IMG/VR virus record: IMGVR_UViG_3300020207_000005
DNA length: 57,521 nt
DNA from: an uncultured virus (IMG/VR IMGVR_UViG_3300020207_000005)
Taxonomy: Duplodnaviria; Heunggongvirae; Uroviricota; Caudoviricetes
Strand: one strand, 5' to 3'
Shown: positions 48,763-57,521 of the stretch, piece by piece
Numbering within the stretch: the stretch's first letter is position 1
Layout of the letters: the number at the start of each line of letters is the position of its first letter
Notes under the pieces: model-generated
Databases searched by the model: none
What the model saw: the letters and a program-made list of their open reading frames with translations, nothing else
Told to the model about the DNA's origin: nothing
Made by a program: the position numbers and the translations under genes

Positions 48763-49823
48763 TATAAATTCATCGCCTCATGATATAAATCATCTATTAC
48801 ACGTTTTACTTTACCCTTGTCAACTTGAGTATCGATAGATTCGATATAATCCGAAAGGAGTTCGGCAGTGTCTTTTGTTTCATCAAGTATTTCATCATCA
48901 CCAATTGTTTCGAGGTTTAAGTTATCGTCAATTGCTTTTACATCAACTGCACCACATTCACTTAACCTATTCATAAACATATCGTACAGGTAAGCGTTCG
49001 TACGATTCTTAATAATGACTTTTACATAGGTGTCTTTATATCTATCTACATCGAAGTTTGCGACATCGTCGACTGTCCATTCTTCATCATCATAATCGAT
49101 TTTGAAGAATACACGATTAGGATTCTCAATCTTAATCATCTCACGAGTTTCAGTATCGAAAACGTGGAATCCTCTACTACCACCATAATCAGACCAAGTC
49201 ATTTCATAAGGTGAACCAAGGTATTCTACATTACCATAACGTGATGGGTGATGGAAGTGACCTGAGTATGCAGACTCAAAATGTTTAAACACATTCATAT
49301 CTAAACCGTGAGTACATAAAGCACCTCTCATCATTTCGAAACCTTTTACTTCTAAGTGACCCATAAGAATATGAGCATCGGATTCTTCTACGAATTTAAG
49401 ATTACGTTCAGCATTTTCTTTTGTAATCCAAGGAAGCATACAAAACTTAGTTGAACCTAATGTAAGATGTTCTGCATCATCTTGGTATAATGTAAATTGT
49501 GGATACTCTTTAAGTAATAGGTTCATGCTGTTAACATCGTTCATATTACTATAATACGTATCGTGATTTCCAATTAAAGCGTGGAAATCAATGTTTCTTT
49601 TTGCTAACTCGTCAAATAAGAATTCCTTACCCTTTTGTAGACTCACATAGTTAATATATTTACGCCTATCAAAAGTATCGCCCAAATCAAATACGGTAGT
49701 AATACCATGTTCGTCCAAGTATGGAAAAAATACTTCTTGGAAAAACTTTCTTTGAACTTCGTGGAAAACACGACTATCTCCTCTTGCACCGATATGAATG
49801 TCGGTGACGATTGCAATTTTCAT
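48762..49823 (-). CDS. gp47: Recombination endonuclease subunit gp47 (Mre11/SbcD)
   Basis: DIHIG, GDTFDRRK, GNHD and SGHFH motifs. Confidence 0.95.
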   Translation of the reverse strand: MKIAIVTDIHIGARGDSRVFHEVQRKFFQEVFFPYLDEHGITTVFDLGDTFDRRKYINYVSLQKGKEFLFDELAKRNIDFHALIGNHDTYYSNMNDVNSMNLLLKEYPQFTLYQDDAEHLTLGSTKFCMLPWITKENAERNLKFVEESDAHILMGHLEVKGFEMMRGALCTHGLDMNVFKHFESAYSGHFHHPSRYGNVEYLGSPYEMTWSDYGGSRGFHVFDTETREMIKIENPNRVFFKIDYDDEEWTVDDVANFDVDRYKDTYVKVIIKNRTNAYLYDMFMNRLSECGAVDVKAIDDNLNLETIGDDEILDETKDTAELLSDYIESIDTQVDKGKVKRVIDDLYHEAMNL

Positions 49824-49824
49824 A

Positions 49825-50427
49825 CTACTCCTTGGCTGTGTTTAAATCTAACGTGACGTCTTCATCAGCCTTTTCAACTTTTACACTATGGTCTTCAGTT
49901 TGTTTCATCATAGAAAGATACTTAGCTAACATCCCTCTTTGTTTCACAATCTTACTTTTCTTTTTAAGTGCTCTTTCATACTTTACACGAGATACGACTT
50001 TATTAAAGGTAATTCCTTGAAGGTGTTCATATTCATGTAGGAAACATCTCGCTCCATAACCTTCAATCTTACCTGTTTGTTCTTGCATATTTTCGTCAAA
50101 CCATTTTGCGATTACGAATGATGGTCTTTTAATTTGCATGAATACATCTGGGAAACTTAAACATCCTTCAACTTCGTTGACTTGTTCTTCGCTGACTGAT
50201 ACGATTTCTGGATTGATTACCATAATCGCGGTCTCAGCATCTTCTCCCATAACAAATAGTTTATAGTCTAAACCAACTTGACAAGCACTGAGTCCTAAAC
50301 CCTTTTTGCTTATCATAAGTTCGACCATATCTTTCTTTAATTGAACTGCATCAAATCCTGGATTCTCAAGATTGACTTCCTCAAGTTCCTTCGCCAAAAT
50401 TGGGTCTGGAAAATATACTAACTTCAT
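49825..50427 (-). CDS. def: Peptide deformylase
   Basis: GLGLSACQ, EGCLS and HEYEHLQG motifs. Confidence 0.93.
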   Translation of the reverse strand: MKLVYFPDPILAKELEEVNLENPGFDAVQLKKDMVELMISKKGLGLSACQVGLDYKLFVMGEDAETAIMVINPEIVSVSEEQVNEVEGCLSFPDVFMQIKRPSFVIAKWFDENMQEQTGKIEGYGARCFLHEYEHLQGITFNKVVSRVKYERALKKKSKIVKQRGMLAKYLSMMKQTEDHSVKVEKADEDVTLDLNTAKE

Positions 50428-50849
50428 AATTTACCTTCTTCTCTCATTTGAGCTCTAATCTTTGTCGCAGAAATATTATGTACTTCTTCTCCTAAATCAT
50501 GCTCTGTAAATGTGTAACCAACTCCTCGTCCATACGATATATCGACGATGTTAGGTACTTCCAATATTAAATACTCACGACCATTCAAGTAACCGTGTTC
50601 TGCTAATCCTTTTTCAATATCATGTATGACTTGTACCATTCCAAATGGATTATCATCTTGAGTTACTGTGCGTCCTGCACCCGCATCTCCATCATAATTG
50701 AAAACGTCACGTACCATTATAACAACTTGTCCCGTGATTGTCAAGGCTTTTTTGAATAATTGTGTATGACCGTCGTGCCAAGGCTGCCATCTACCCAACA
50801 TTTGAACTGTTGGTTTCTTATAATCGAATGCTTCTTCTGGACTAATCAT
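50424..50849 (-). CDS. HxGH nucleotidyltransferase (cytidylyltransferase-like)
   Basis: GRWQPWHDGH, YGRGVGY and ISATKIR motifs. Confidence 0.85.
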   Translation of the reverse strand: MISPEEAFDYKKPTVQMLGRWQPWHDGHTQLFKKALTITGQVVIMVRDVFNYDGDAGAGRTVTQDDNPFGMVQVIHDIEKGLAEHGYLNGREYLILEVPNIVDISYGRGVGYTFTEHDLGEEVHNISATKIRAQMREEGKL

Positions 50850-51063
50850 TCCTTTCTACTCCATAGTTTATATGTTTATACCAAACTCTCTCATGCCAAT
50901 AATACAGAATCATTTTGGTTGCAACTTCGATTGATGCAATCCCTGCTGCCCAATCCCATTGACCTGTAATTAACCATGCGATAAGAAAAGTATCAGTGGT
51001 TGCTAATACTCTCCACGTGAGTGTTTTCGCAATATGCCTTTTAGCACTTACTGAGCTTGCCAT
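50842..51063 (-). CDS. DUF2061 membrane protein
   Basis: KRHIAKTLTWR...K.ILYYWHERVW. Confidence 0.85.
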   Translation of the reverse strand: MASSVSAKRHIAKTLTWRVLATTDTFLIAWLITGQWDWAAGIASIEVATKMILYYWHERVWYKHINYGVERND

Positions 51064-51476
51064 TTTCTAAATGCCCTTTCTAAGATTGGTTCTAACTTCA
51101 ATTCTTCTTGAGGTCTAAATGCATCAACGATATAATCGGCTTCTTCAGGATTTTCGAAAATTTTATTTGTATCTTCAAACCTTCCCTCTTTGATTGTGTT
51201 CATCCAAATTGTATAATCTGGTTTAAACTCGTCACGTGCTTTTTGGAACGGACAAACGAAATCTGTAATCGCAATCTTCCCCGCTTTAGAGACACCATCC
51301 GAAAGATATTTCATTCTCATTGCTTGTCTCATACGACCTTCATCACTGAAGTCCCAATCATCATATTCTTCTCTTACTGCGTCTGCATTTAACCAGACAC
51401 CTTCAACCAACTCAGCGAGTGGTTCTGATAACGTACTTTTGCCTGAACCCGGAAGTCCAAAGACTAATACTTTCAT
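51048..51476 (-). CDS. Adenylylsulfate-kinase-like (CysC-like) P-loop kinase
   Basis: GLPGSGKST, NADAVR...DWDFS.EGR.RQ, DFVCP and FENP motifs. Confidence 0.8.
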   Translation of the reverse strand: MKVLVFGLPGSGKSTLSEPLAELVEGVWLNADAVREEYDDWDFSDEGRMRQAMRMKYLSDGVSKAGKIAITDFVCPFQKARDEFKPDYTIWMNTIKEGRFEDTNKIFENPEEADYIVDAFRPQEELKLEPILERAFRKWQAQ

Positions 51477-51971
51477 TTATTTTCCTTTTTTATTTTTGTT
51501 TAACTTGTTTTCGAAGTCATCAATAAACTCACTAATATATTCAGGTGGTTCTTGCATTTGAATGTTCTGGTCAGAACTATCATTGATAATCGCCTGAGTT
51601 AACATATTTTGTGATGCTTTAAATTTGATGTAAGTTTGCTTTTTCTCTTTTTGAATACGTCTTAAGAATGCGTACCAAATGATTTGCGTAAAATAAGCGA
51701 ATGGGTTTTGAGATTTATCTGGATTGAAGTTGTGCAAGTACTGCAGACAATTTTCAATTCCATCTGAAATCATCTCTTCTTTGTATGAGTATCCTGAGAA
51801 GTTTGGTTTAGTTGCGAGTCTCGTTGATATTAACAAGATACACTTACCTATGTACTCGGGAACTTGAGGTGTTGGCTCACCAGAATCTTCCGCTTCTTTC
51901 ACAGCGTCCCTATAATCAATTAAGGCTTGTAATAAGTCCTTGTTATTGACATAGTTTCTTTTCTTTGCCAT
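51477..51971 (-). CDS. gp55: Late-transcription sigma factor gp55
   Basis: YVNNK, EMISDGIENC...NF.P.KS.NPFAYFTQI.WYAFLRRIQKEKKQ. Confidence 0.95.
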   Translation of the reverse strand: MAKKRNYVNNKDLLQALIDYRDAVKEAEDSGEPTPQVPEYIGKCILLISTRLATKPNFSGYSYKEEMISDGIENCLQYLHNFNPDKSQNPFAYFTQIIWYAFLRRIQKEKKQTYIKFKASQNMLTQAIINDSSDQNIQMQEPPEYISEFIDDFENKLNKNKKGK

Positions 51972-52001
51972 GTCATGTTCTCCATGTTATAATATCCGTA
52001 A

Positions 52002-52030
52002 ATTATATTACAGAATGACCGAAATGTCAA
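52002..52030 (-). promoter_or_regulatory. Sigma70-type promoter (gp55 operon)
   Basis: TTGACA 52030-52025, 17 bp spacer, TATAAT 52007-52002. Confidence 0.85.
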
Positions 52031-52057
52031 CCTTTTTGTTAAAATATGCAATTATTT

Positions 52058-52107
52058 TCACTTTTTTGCAAAAAACAGTTGACAACTCTAAAATGCTGTG
52101 GTATAAT
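52058..52107 (+). promoter_or_regulatory. Orphan sigma70-type promoter pointing antisense into uvsW
   Basis: TTGACA 52079-52084, 17 bp spacer, TGG-TATAAT 52102-52107; no + strand gene downstream. Confidence 0.75.
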
Positions 52108-52138
52108 TAGGCTACCAGCCTTAAAGATATATTAGTAT

Positions 52139-53632
52139 CTAAATTTCCACAGTATAAATTTTAAACGGGAATTCTTCCGTCCCGTAGATATCAATCCTCT
52201 TCCTGAAGTGTTTCAAAGTATAATTTTCAAAACTTCCCACAGAAAGGTCGTCCGCGATATCATATAAAGTCGCTTCTTTCGAATCATCAGCTTTCCTTAA
52301 CGTTCTACCAATCGATTGTAGTACCTTAATTTCAGACTTCGACCCTGAAGCAAATATTACATTATCTAATCTTTTTAAATTCACACCAGTGGAGAAGACT
52401 CCATAACTTGCGAGAATGTCGTGTCTTTTTTCTTTGTCATTCTCAACAAGATGTCGAATGTTTTCGCGCTCCTCACCTGATGTTCCACCATAGATGAAAT
52501 GTAATTGACGTCCGTCCTTGCGAAGCAAGGGTTCTAAGACCTTACCATGTTTCTCAACCAAATCAAATAATATGAGATTATTCTGACCTTCGAGACTATG
52601 TACTAAGTTCTTAATAAAATTGTTTCTCTTTTCGTGATTAACGATAAACTCTCTTTCAGCCGGCCACTTCTTCACTTTATCTTTGACCTTATTAATCGCG
52701 TCCTTAAATGTTTTACGAGCATCGTTGTTGTGTGATAGAACGATTGCTTTAACTTTGAAGTCCGCAACTGTTCCCTTGTTCATGAGTTCTTTTGTGTTAA
52801 TGATTTTCTTTACTTGACCAAAGCAACCTTCTAATACTAACCTATGAGTTTTTGATTCTGAGGATTTGAGTGTACCAGTAAATCCATGTCGATACTCACA
52901 GTTCGTAAGTTTTTCCATAATTGTCGTAAGTGACTTCGCTTGGAAAGTGTGTGCTTCATCTCCCATCACTACTCTAAATTGGTCAAACCATTCCTTAGGT
53001 TGTTTAGTGAGAGATTGCCACGTTGAAATTACGATAGGTGCTTTTGTGTTCTTATCAACACCACCTTGAATAGTGTATATAATATCTGGGTCACATCCAT
53101 AATCTTTAAAGTCACCAGCCATTTGATGTACCAATCCAATTGTCGGAACGATAATCAAAGTACGATGACCGAATGCTTGATAGTAGTGTTGTTGAATTAA
53201 GTAAATGATTAATGATTTACCAGAAGATGTAGGACTTAATGATAGTGAACGTCTTTTACGTAAAGCGTTAACGATATATTCGTTTTGATAATCACGTGGA
53301 GTAAACTTACAATCGATTTCTTTTGCAAGTTGTATACCGTAATCATCATCAATCTGTTCATCTAACCCAATATTATCTGGTGCATTAAGAGTATAACCTC
53401 TATCGTCACAGAATTTTTTGAGGTGTGGAAATAGACCAACGTATAGTTTAGGTCTTAATGGTTGATATAAATGAATGTATCCATCCCAAACTCGCATTTT
53501 AACTTTTGGGTGGAATTGCCAACCTTCAGGTCGGAAAGAAAAGTGTTGAGCGATTTCTTGACGAACACCACCATCGGCAGTCACTTTCATGTGTACACTA
53601 TTAATGTGTTCGACGTTAATCACTTCGCTCAT
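52139..53632 (-). CDS. uvsW: UvsW RNA-DNA/DNA helicase
   Basis: PRDYQ, SPTSSGKS, GDEAH, GFTGT and LQSIGR motifs. Confidence 0.95.
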   Translation of the reverse strand: MSEVINVEHINSVHMKVTADGGVRQEIAQHFSFRPEGWQFHPKVKMRVWDGYIHLYQPLRPKLYVGLFPHLKKFCDDRGYTLNAPDNIGLDEQIDDDYGIQLAKEIDCKFTPRDYQNEYIVNALRKRRSLSLSPTSSGKSLIIYLIQQHYYQAFGHRTLIIVPTIGLVHQMAGDFKDYGCDPDIIYTIQGGVDKNTKAPIVISTWQSLTKQPKEWFDQFRVVMGDEAHTFQAKSLTTIMEKLTNCEYRHGFTGTLKSSESKTHRLVLEGCFGQVKKIINTKELMNKGTVADFKVKAIVLSHNNDARKTFKDAINKVKDKVKKWPAEREFIVNHEKRNNFIKNLVHSLEGQNNLILFDLVEKHGKVLEPLLRKDGRQLHFIYGGTSGEERENIRHLVENDKEKRHDILASYGVFSTGVNLKRLDNVIFASGSKSEIKVLQSIGRTLRKADDSKEATLYDIADDLSVGSFENYTLKHFRKRIDIYGTEEFPFKIYTVEI

Positions 53633-53635
53633 AAT

Positions 53636-53869
53636 TTATAACTTAATTGCTAATAAAATAAAAATACCAAATAGTATTAAATTCGTAAAGAAGATAAGTA
53701 TTGCTAGAATAGTATGGTACCAAATCCATCTCGTACGATACGCGTTTTCTAAGGTTAAATCTTCTGGGTCTGACTCTTCTTCCATCACGGGAAGATTATG
53801 CATTAATGCTTGGTCGACCTTATTCTCTTCTAAAGGTTTCTCAATTAATTTTTGAAACCACTTTATCAT
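53636..53869 (-). CDS. Small membrane hypothetical protein
   Basis: LENAYRTRWIWYHTILA followed by a hydrophobic C-terminus. Confidence 0.7.
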   Translation of the reverse strand: MIKWFQKLIEKPLEENKVDQALMHNLPVMEEESDPEDLTLENAYRTRWIWYHTILAILIFFTNLILFGIFILLAIKL

Positions 53870-54306
53870 TAATAATCTCCAGCTTGGAACTTTAGAATAT
53901 CAATCATATTCTTAATAACGAAATTTCTGCTGTGTATCGTTTTAATAATATCTTCTAAATAGTTCGCGTTCGCGGAATGAAAGTCAATCGTTAAACTTAA
54001 CTTAATAATATCCTTATCCGCTTGAATATATTTATCCAAGTCATTACGTAAAACTTTTAACTGAAAAGGTTTCCAACCATGTTCATTAAGTGTTTCCTGG
54101 TCCATTGAACCATCGTAATACTCACGCTTTAATCTTTCAAGTTCTTTATATTCTGCTCTGAGTTTTTTAACACGTAAAACTTCTTTGTAATACATGTTAT
54201 AGTATTTACTATGTAATAAAGGAATGCGCTTACTTTCACCAACTAAATTTGTTTCGTCGATGGGAGCATCCTTTGCCCATATTTCTGAAATTTGATTTGT
54301 ATCCAT
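53869..54306 (-). CDS. uvsY: Recombination mediator UvsY
   Basis: W.KD..ID...ES..IP.LHSKY...YY.G...R.F.IKN.I...KFQAG. Confidence 0.9.
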   Translation of the reverse strand: MDTNQISEIWAKDAPIDETNLVGESKRIPLLHSKYYNMYYKEVLRVKKLRAEYKELERLKREYYDGSMDQETLNEHGWKPFQLKVLRNDLDKYIQADKDIIKLSLTIDFHSANANYLEDIIKTIHSRNFVIKNMIDILKFQAGDY

Positions 54307-54343
54307 TATTTAAAAATCCAACTATGCTTTTATTAACGGTACT

Positions 54344-54372
54344 ATTATACCATAAAAAATAGCATTTGTCAA
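54344..54372 (-). promoter_or_regulatory. Sigma70-type promoter (uvsY-uvsW)
   Basis: TTGACA-17-TATAAT with TGG. Confidence 0.85.
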
Positions 54373-54379
54373 CTGTTGA

Positions 54380-54628
54380 TTAGTATATTTTTCTGATTTG
54401 GTAATCGAAAGGTTCCACGGTACGTATCTCAAAAGCTCTACCATTAATATCTTTACCTACAATATGATTAGGCGATTTCTTAGTAATCTTTTTGAGTTTA
54501 TATTCGTGTTTACTTCGTGTGATGGTTTTTACACCTTCTTTTGAGATGGTCGCTTCTTTTTGATACCATACTGTAAGGTGGTACTCCTCGTAAATAACTT
54601 TCTTCCACCATTCAATTATTTTTCGCAA
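54380..54628 (-). CDS. Hypothetical protein
   Basis: 82 aa; TTG start with AAGGAG SD. Confidence 0.65.
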   Translation of the reverse strand: MRKIIEWWKKVIYEEYHLTVWYQKEATISKEGVKTITRSKHEYKLKKITKKSPNHIVGKDINGRAFEIRTVEPFDYQIRKIY

Positions 54629-54639
54629 AATAACTCCTT

Positions 54640-55128
54640 TTACATTTTCTTAATGTCAAAAGCATCGTATCTCATAGTAACCGTTGCTTCTGCATATACA
54701 ACGTCTTGTTGAGCGAGGTCAAGTGATATAGGTGTTAAACCTATTGGGAATGCGTTTGAGAATGTGAATTCTATATTAGGATTCTTATGAGAGTTCAATA
54801 ACATAATAGTTATATCTGACTGGTCACCATCTACACTGTTCTTTAATTTATCATATTGCTCTAAATTATCTGGTGTACCAATGCCCTTTAACCATTCGTA
54901 AATCTCACGATAGTTTTCCATATTCTCATCAATGATAAACGTTAAATCTAAGTCAGCATAATTTAAATGGTCAGGCACGCTGTAGAACTTTCTCAAAGGT
55001 GTTTGAGTTTCAACAGGGTTTGCAGTCACACCAGGTACTAAAACCTTCTGACTGAAAAACTCCACATTAGGCAACCTCGCAATCTTGATTGCAAAGCCTC
55101 CAGTAGATAAATAGTTATTAATCGGCAC
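54640..55128 (-). CDS. gp3: Tail completion/sheath stabiliser gp3
   Basis: NYLS..GF...I.RLPNVEFF...PG...L.LTFIIDENMENY.EIYEW. Confidence 0.88.
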   Translation of the reverse strand: MPINNYLSTGGFAIKIARLPNVEFFSQKVLVPGVTANPVETQTPLRKFYSVPDHLNYADLDLTFIIDENMENYREIYEWLKGIGTPDNLEQYDKLKNSVDGDQSDITIMLLNSHKNPNIEFTFSNAFPIGLTPISLDLAQQDVVYAEATVTMRYDAFDIKKM

Positions 55129-55190
55129 TTATAGAATTCCTATATTGTAATTGATTTTTAGTTTATTTATTCATTGTGTGAGGATATAAT

Positions 55191-55913
55191 ATGTTAAACC
55201 CTAAAGCTCTTAATTTCGAACTTGATACGACAGGTCTGTCACTTCATCAAGTCAACCAAGTTTTTGAGCAAACCTTTATAAGAAAAGACTTTGACTGGTG
55301 GTATGAAGTACTCCCAGGAGATGTCGTTGTTGATATTGGTTCTCATATTGGTTTATTTGCTGCAGCATCTCTCGATAAAGGTGCGGACAAAGTTTATATG
55401 ATTGAACCTAATCGTGATTTACTTAAGGTTGCAATTAAAAATGTAAGTGATTATATTATAGACCACACTATACAAAGAGTTATTCCTATTAATGCTGCAG
55501 TAGGAAAAGTCGATATGGATTCCGCGAATATATTTCGTAGTGCAATAGTACAAGAAAAGTTTGAAGAACCTCGATTGATTTCTTTACTTCAACTATGTGA
55601 AGAACAACAATTAAAACAAATCGATTTCTTAAAGGTTGATGTATCTGGTGCTGAATATAATATCTTAACTGCAGACAACATAGAGTTCTTATCTAATAAT
55701 GTTCGTCATATCGCAGTTCGCTGTTATTTAGATGGTCAATATGGTGGTGAAGATAAATTTTCAAAATGGAGAGAAAATTTCTTATTACCGTTTGCCAAAA
55801 AGAATAAAGTGAATTGGCAAAACGAACAAGTAGGGAAAGGAATATTATCTGATTCTTGGAAGGAAACTATTGCAAACAATAGAGTGTTTATGATTTACAT
55901 TACAAACTGGTAG
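55191..55913 (+). CDS. FkbM-family methyltransferase (copy 1)
   Basis: GDVVVDIGSHIG, IEPN and IDFLKVDVSGAEY motifs. Confidence 0.85.
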   Translation: MLNPKALNFELDTTGLSLHQVNQVFEQTFIRKDFDWWYEVLPGDVVVDIGSHIGLFAAASLDKGADKVYMIEPNRDLLKVAIKNVSDYIIDHTIQRVIPINAAVGKVDMDSANIFRSAIVQEKFEEPRLISLLQLCEEQQLKQIDFLKVDVSGAEYNILTADNIEFLSNNVRHIAVRCYLDGQYGGEDKFSKWRENFLLPFAKKNKVNWQNEQVGKGILSDSWKETIANNRVFMIYITNW

Positions 55914-56628
55914 GGTCCCAGTCAATTGTATTCGTAATATACATCATAAAAGAACGACCTTCTTCCCAATTCTTTCTACGTAAAGCTAAATCATCGAAAG
56001 CGAGTTCACGGTCATCGTGTTCTAAAAATCTTATTTTGTTTTCGTCAAAATGTTTTAGTATATTGTTACGAACATAAAGCCATCGCGATGGAGCTTCGGG
56101 AAAGGAGTCAAGGTGAAACTCCACCGCGATGTGTTGAACGTTATTTCGTAAAAATTCAACGTTCTCTAAACTAAAAATGTCATACTCTCCACCTTCACAA
56201 TCAATCTTTAAATAATCAATCCACTCAATGTCATACTGTGTCATACAGTCTTTAAAAGACATGAGTTGAAATTTTGCAGAAGGTCCGAATATATTTTCGT
56301 AATGTTCTTCCTTACTACCAATAGCAACATTGATAGGGACCACTGGTGTCTCTCCGTGGTCAATAAAATAATCTGAGGTATTATCTAATAGAGTCTTTAA
56401 ATGTTCCCTATTAGGTTCAATCGCGTACACGGAACGTGCGCCTCCGTCGAGCGCGAGACAAGTAAAGAATCCAACACAAGCACCAACATCCACACATACG
56501 TCACCAGGTTGTGGAGCGTAATACCATTCATAATCTTTCCTATGAAAGAATTCGTGAAACATTGTGTTAATGTCATTTAATGGTATGTTAGGAACTTTTA
56601 GGTTCTTGTTAAGATATCTTTTAATCAC
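55900..56628 (-). CDS. FkbM-family methyltransferase (copy 2)
   Basis: GDVCVDVGACVG, IEPN, IDYLKIDCEGGEY and EFH motifs. Confidence 0.87.
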   Translation of the reverse strand: MIKRYLNKNLKVPNIPLNDINTMFHEFFHRKDYEWYYAPQPGDVCVDVGACVGFFTCLALDGGARSVYAIEPNREHLKTLLDNTSDYFIDHGETPVVPINVAIGSKEEHYENIFGPSAKFQLMSFKDCMTQYDIEWIDYLKIDCEGGEYDIFSLENVEFLRNNVQHIAVEFHLDSFPEAPSRWLYVRNNILKHFDENKIRFLEHDDRELAFDDLALRRKNWEEGRSFMMYITNTIDWDPTSL

Positions 56629-56786
56629 CAGTTATGTACCACGTTTGCTATTATGAAAAAGCACGTAAGAAAATTAACACCCACAATAATAGTACGAAGG
56701 ATTGCAACGTAATTATCATAAGGTTCCGTTTTATCATCGGAAAATCCTCCTAGCGCGTATTTCCATATAGTCCAAAACTTAGACAT
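56625..56786 (-). CDS. Small membrane protein conserved in marine myophages
   Basis: MSKFWTIWKYALGGFSDDKTEPYDNYVAILRT...NVVHNW. Start moved to ATG 56786. Confidence 0.75.
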   Translation of the reverse strand: MSKFWTIWKYALGGFSDDKTEPYDNYVAILRTIIVGVNFLTCFFIIANVVHNW

Positions 56787-56970
56787 TAGAATCCTGAAAT
56801 CGGTTTCCAATTTTTTCAAAGTAACCATTTGGTCCTACTTCAAATATATCACCATATTGTATATCCATTTCATCTAATATCCAATGCTTGTGGTCCTCAT
56901 CGGATTCTTTTACGATACGGAATCCGTTGTCGAACGTATTCATCATTAAATCTTTTACATTTTTAAACAT
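56779..56970 (-). CDS. Hypothetical protein
   Basis: 63 aa; GAGG SD; in operon. Confidence 0.6.
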   Translation of the reverse strand: MFKNVKDLMMNTFDNGFRIVKESDEDHKHWILDEMDIQYGDIFEVGPNGYFEKIGNRFQDSNV

Positions 56971-56971
56971 A

Positions 56972-57521
56972 TTAAATTTCCTCTAAGTCGGATGCGAATT
57001 GTTTTTTAGGAGATGTTGTTCTCCAGAATTTGAGTTCCTTATTTGCTTGCTTGATTTGTTTTTCAAGTTCAGTCACCAACTCTTTAGTCAAACTCATAAT
57101 ATTAAGTCGTAATAACTTATCACCATCTTCATTTGATACATGACTTTCTAATGTGGTTTGAATTTGTTTAATTACTTGGAGTTTAGTATTACCTTTAAAC
57201 GTAATCTTATCATCAAGCACAGCTTCAATAAATTCTTTCTTAATAGTTAACCAATCGACTTCCCTAGTACATTGAATGATACGCTTATTAATACGTTCCT
57301 CTAATACTTTCATTTTATAATCGACAAAGTCTTTTACGATTCCACGAGCATCGTCATACTCTCGTAATTTTCCATCGAAGTCAATAACGGTTAAGTTTTG
57401 TGCGAATGGTTTAGACAATTTAAACTTTGAAATAATTTTATTCTTATTCCAATTAGCAGATGTGTTTTGCTTGAGTTTAACTTCGAATCTAAAACCTTCT
57501 TTATCACATAGGTCTTCATAA
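56972..57521 (-). CDS. gp52: Type II topoisomerase medium subunit gp52, C-terminal part (runs off window end)
   Basis: Frame is open to the window end (YEDLCDKEGFRFEVKLK...KFKLSKPFAQNLTVIDFDGKLREY...LLRLNIMSLT). Confidence 0.85.
   Translation of the reverse strand, partial: YEDLCDKEGFRFEVKLKQNTSANWNKNKIISKFKLSKPFAQNLTVIDFDGKLREYDDARGIVKDFVDYKMKVLEERINKRIIQCTREVDWLTIKKEFIEAVLDDKITFKGNTKLQVIKQIQTTLESHVSNEDGDKLLRLNIMSLTKELVTELEKQIKQANKELKFWRTTSPKKQFASDLEEI

Noticed and set aside
49825..50427. Peptide deformylase as a novelty
   Set aside because: It is a well-known auxiliary gene of marine phages; only its charged C-terminal extension is mildly notable.
44446..53632. Inteins or introns in gp43, gp46, gp47 and uvsW
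   Set aside because: Lengths are ordinary and the motifs are contiguous.
3253..53855. Numerous other 60-130 aa ORF-track entries nested in or antisense to long genes
   Set aside because: They overlap well-supported CDSs and lack SDs and motifs.

Overview
This is a 57.5 kb segment of an AT-rich T4-like myovirus genome, probably aquatic and infecting a proteobacterium (inference). The left half (1-29.4 kb) is a baseplate/tail morphogenesis module: DUF4815 protein, gp8, S8 protease, gp9/10-like, YHYH, gp7, gp6, gp25, M15 peptidase, gp5, hub, split gp53, gp48, gp4, gp2, gp54, gp26/gp51 and a tape-measure-like gene. The right half holds replication/recombination genes (regA, gp62/44/45, gp43, gp46/47, gp55, uvsW, uvsY, gp3, gp52) and host-type auxiliary genes (peroxiredoxin, Hsp20, dUTPase, cytochrome c, glutaredoxin, peptide deformylase, APS-kinase-like, sulfotransferase-like, two FkbM methyltransferases). 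It also contains a cytosine-hypermodification cluster: dCMP hydroxymethylase, dCMP deaminase, glycosyltransferases, an atypical C5-methyltransferase and Nmad1/MazG-like genes. The main candidate novel system is a ~260 nt GC-enriched, multi-helix non-coding RNA that starts at the predicted +1 of a perfect sigma70 promoter and directly precedes a DUF262/ParB-like + HNH nuclease gene. Other notable signals are a -1 frameshift candidate fusing gp26 to gp51 ahead of the tape measure gene, a ROSE-like leader on hsp20, an RHH/27-aa-peptide divergent switch, and an orphan antisense promoter into uvsW. All calls come from reading motifs by eye; no database searches or folding programs were run.
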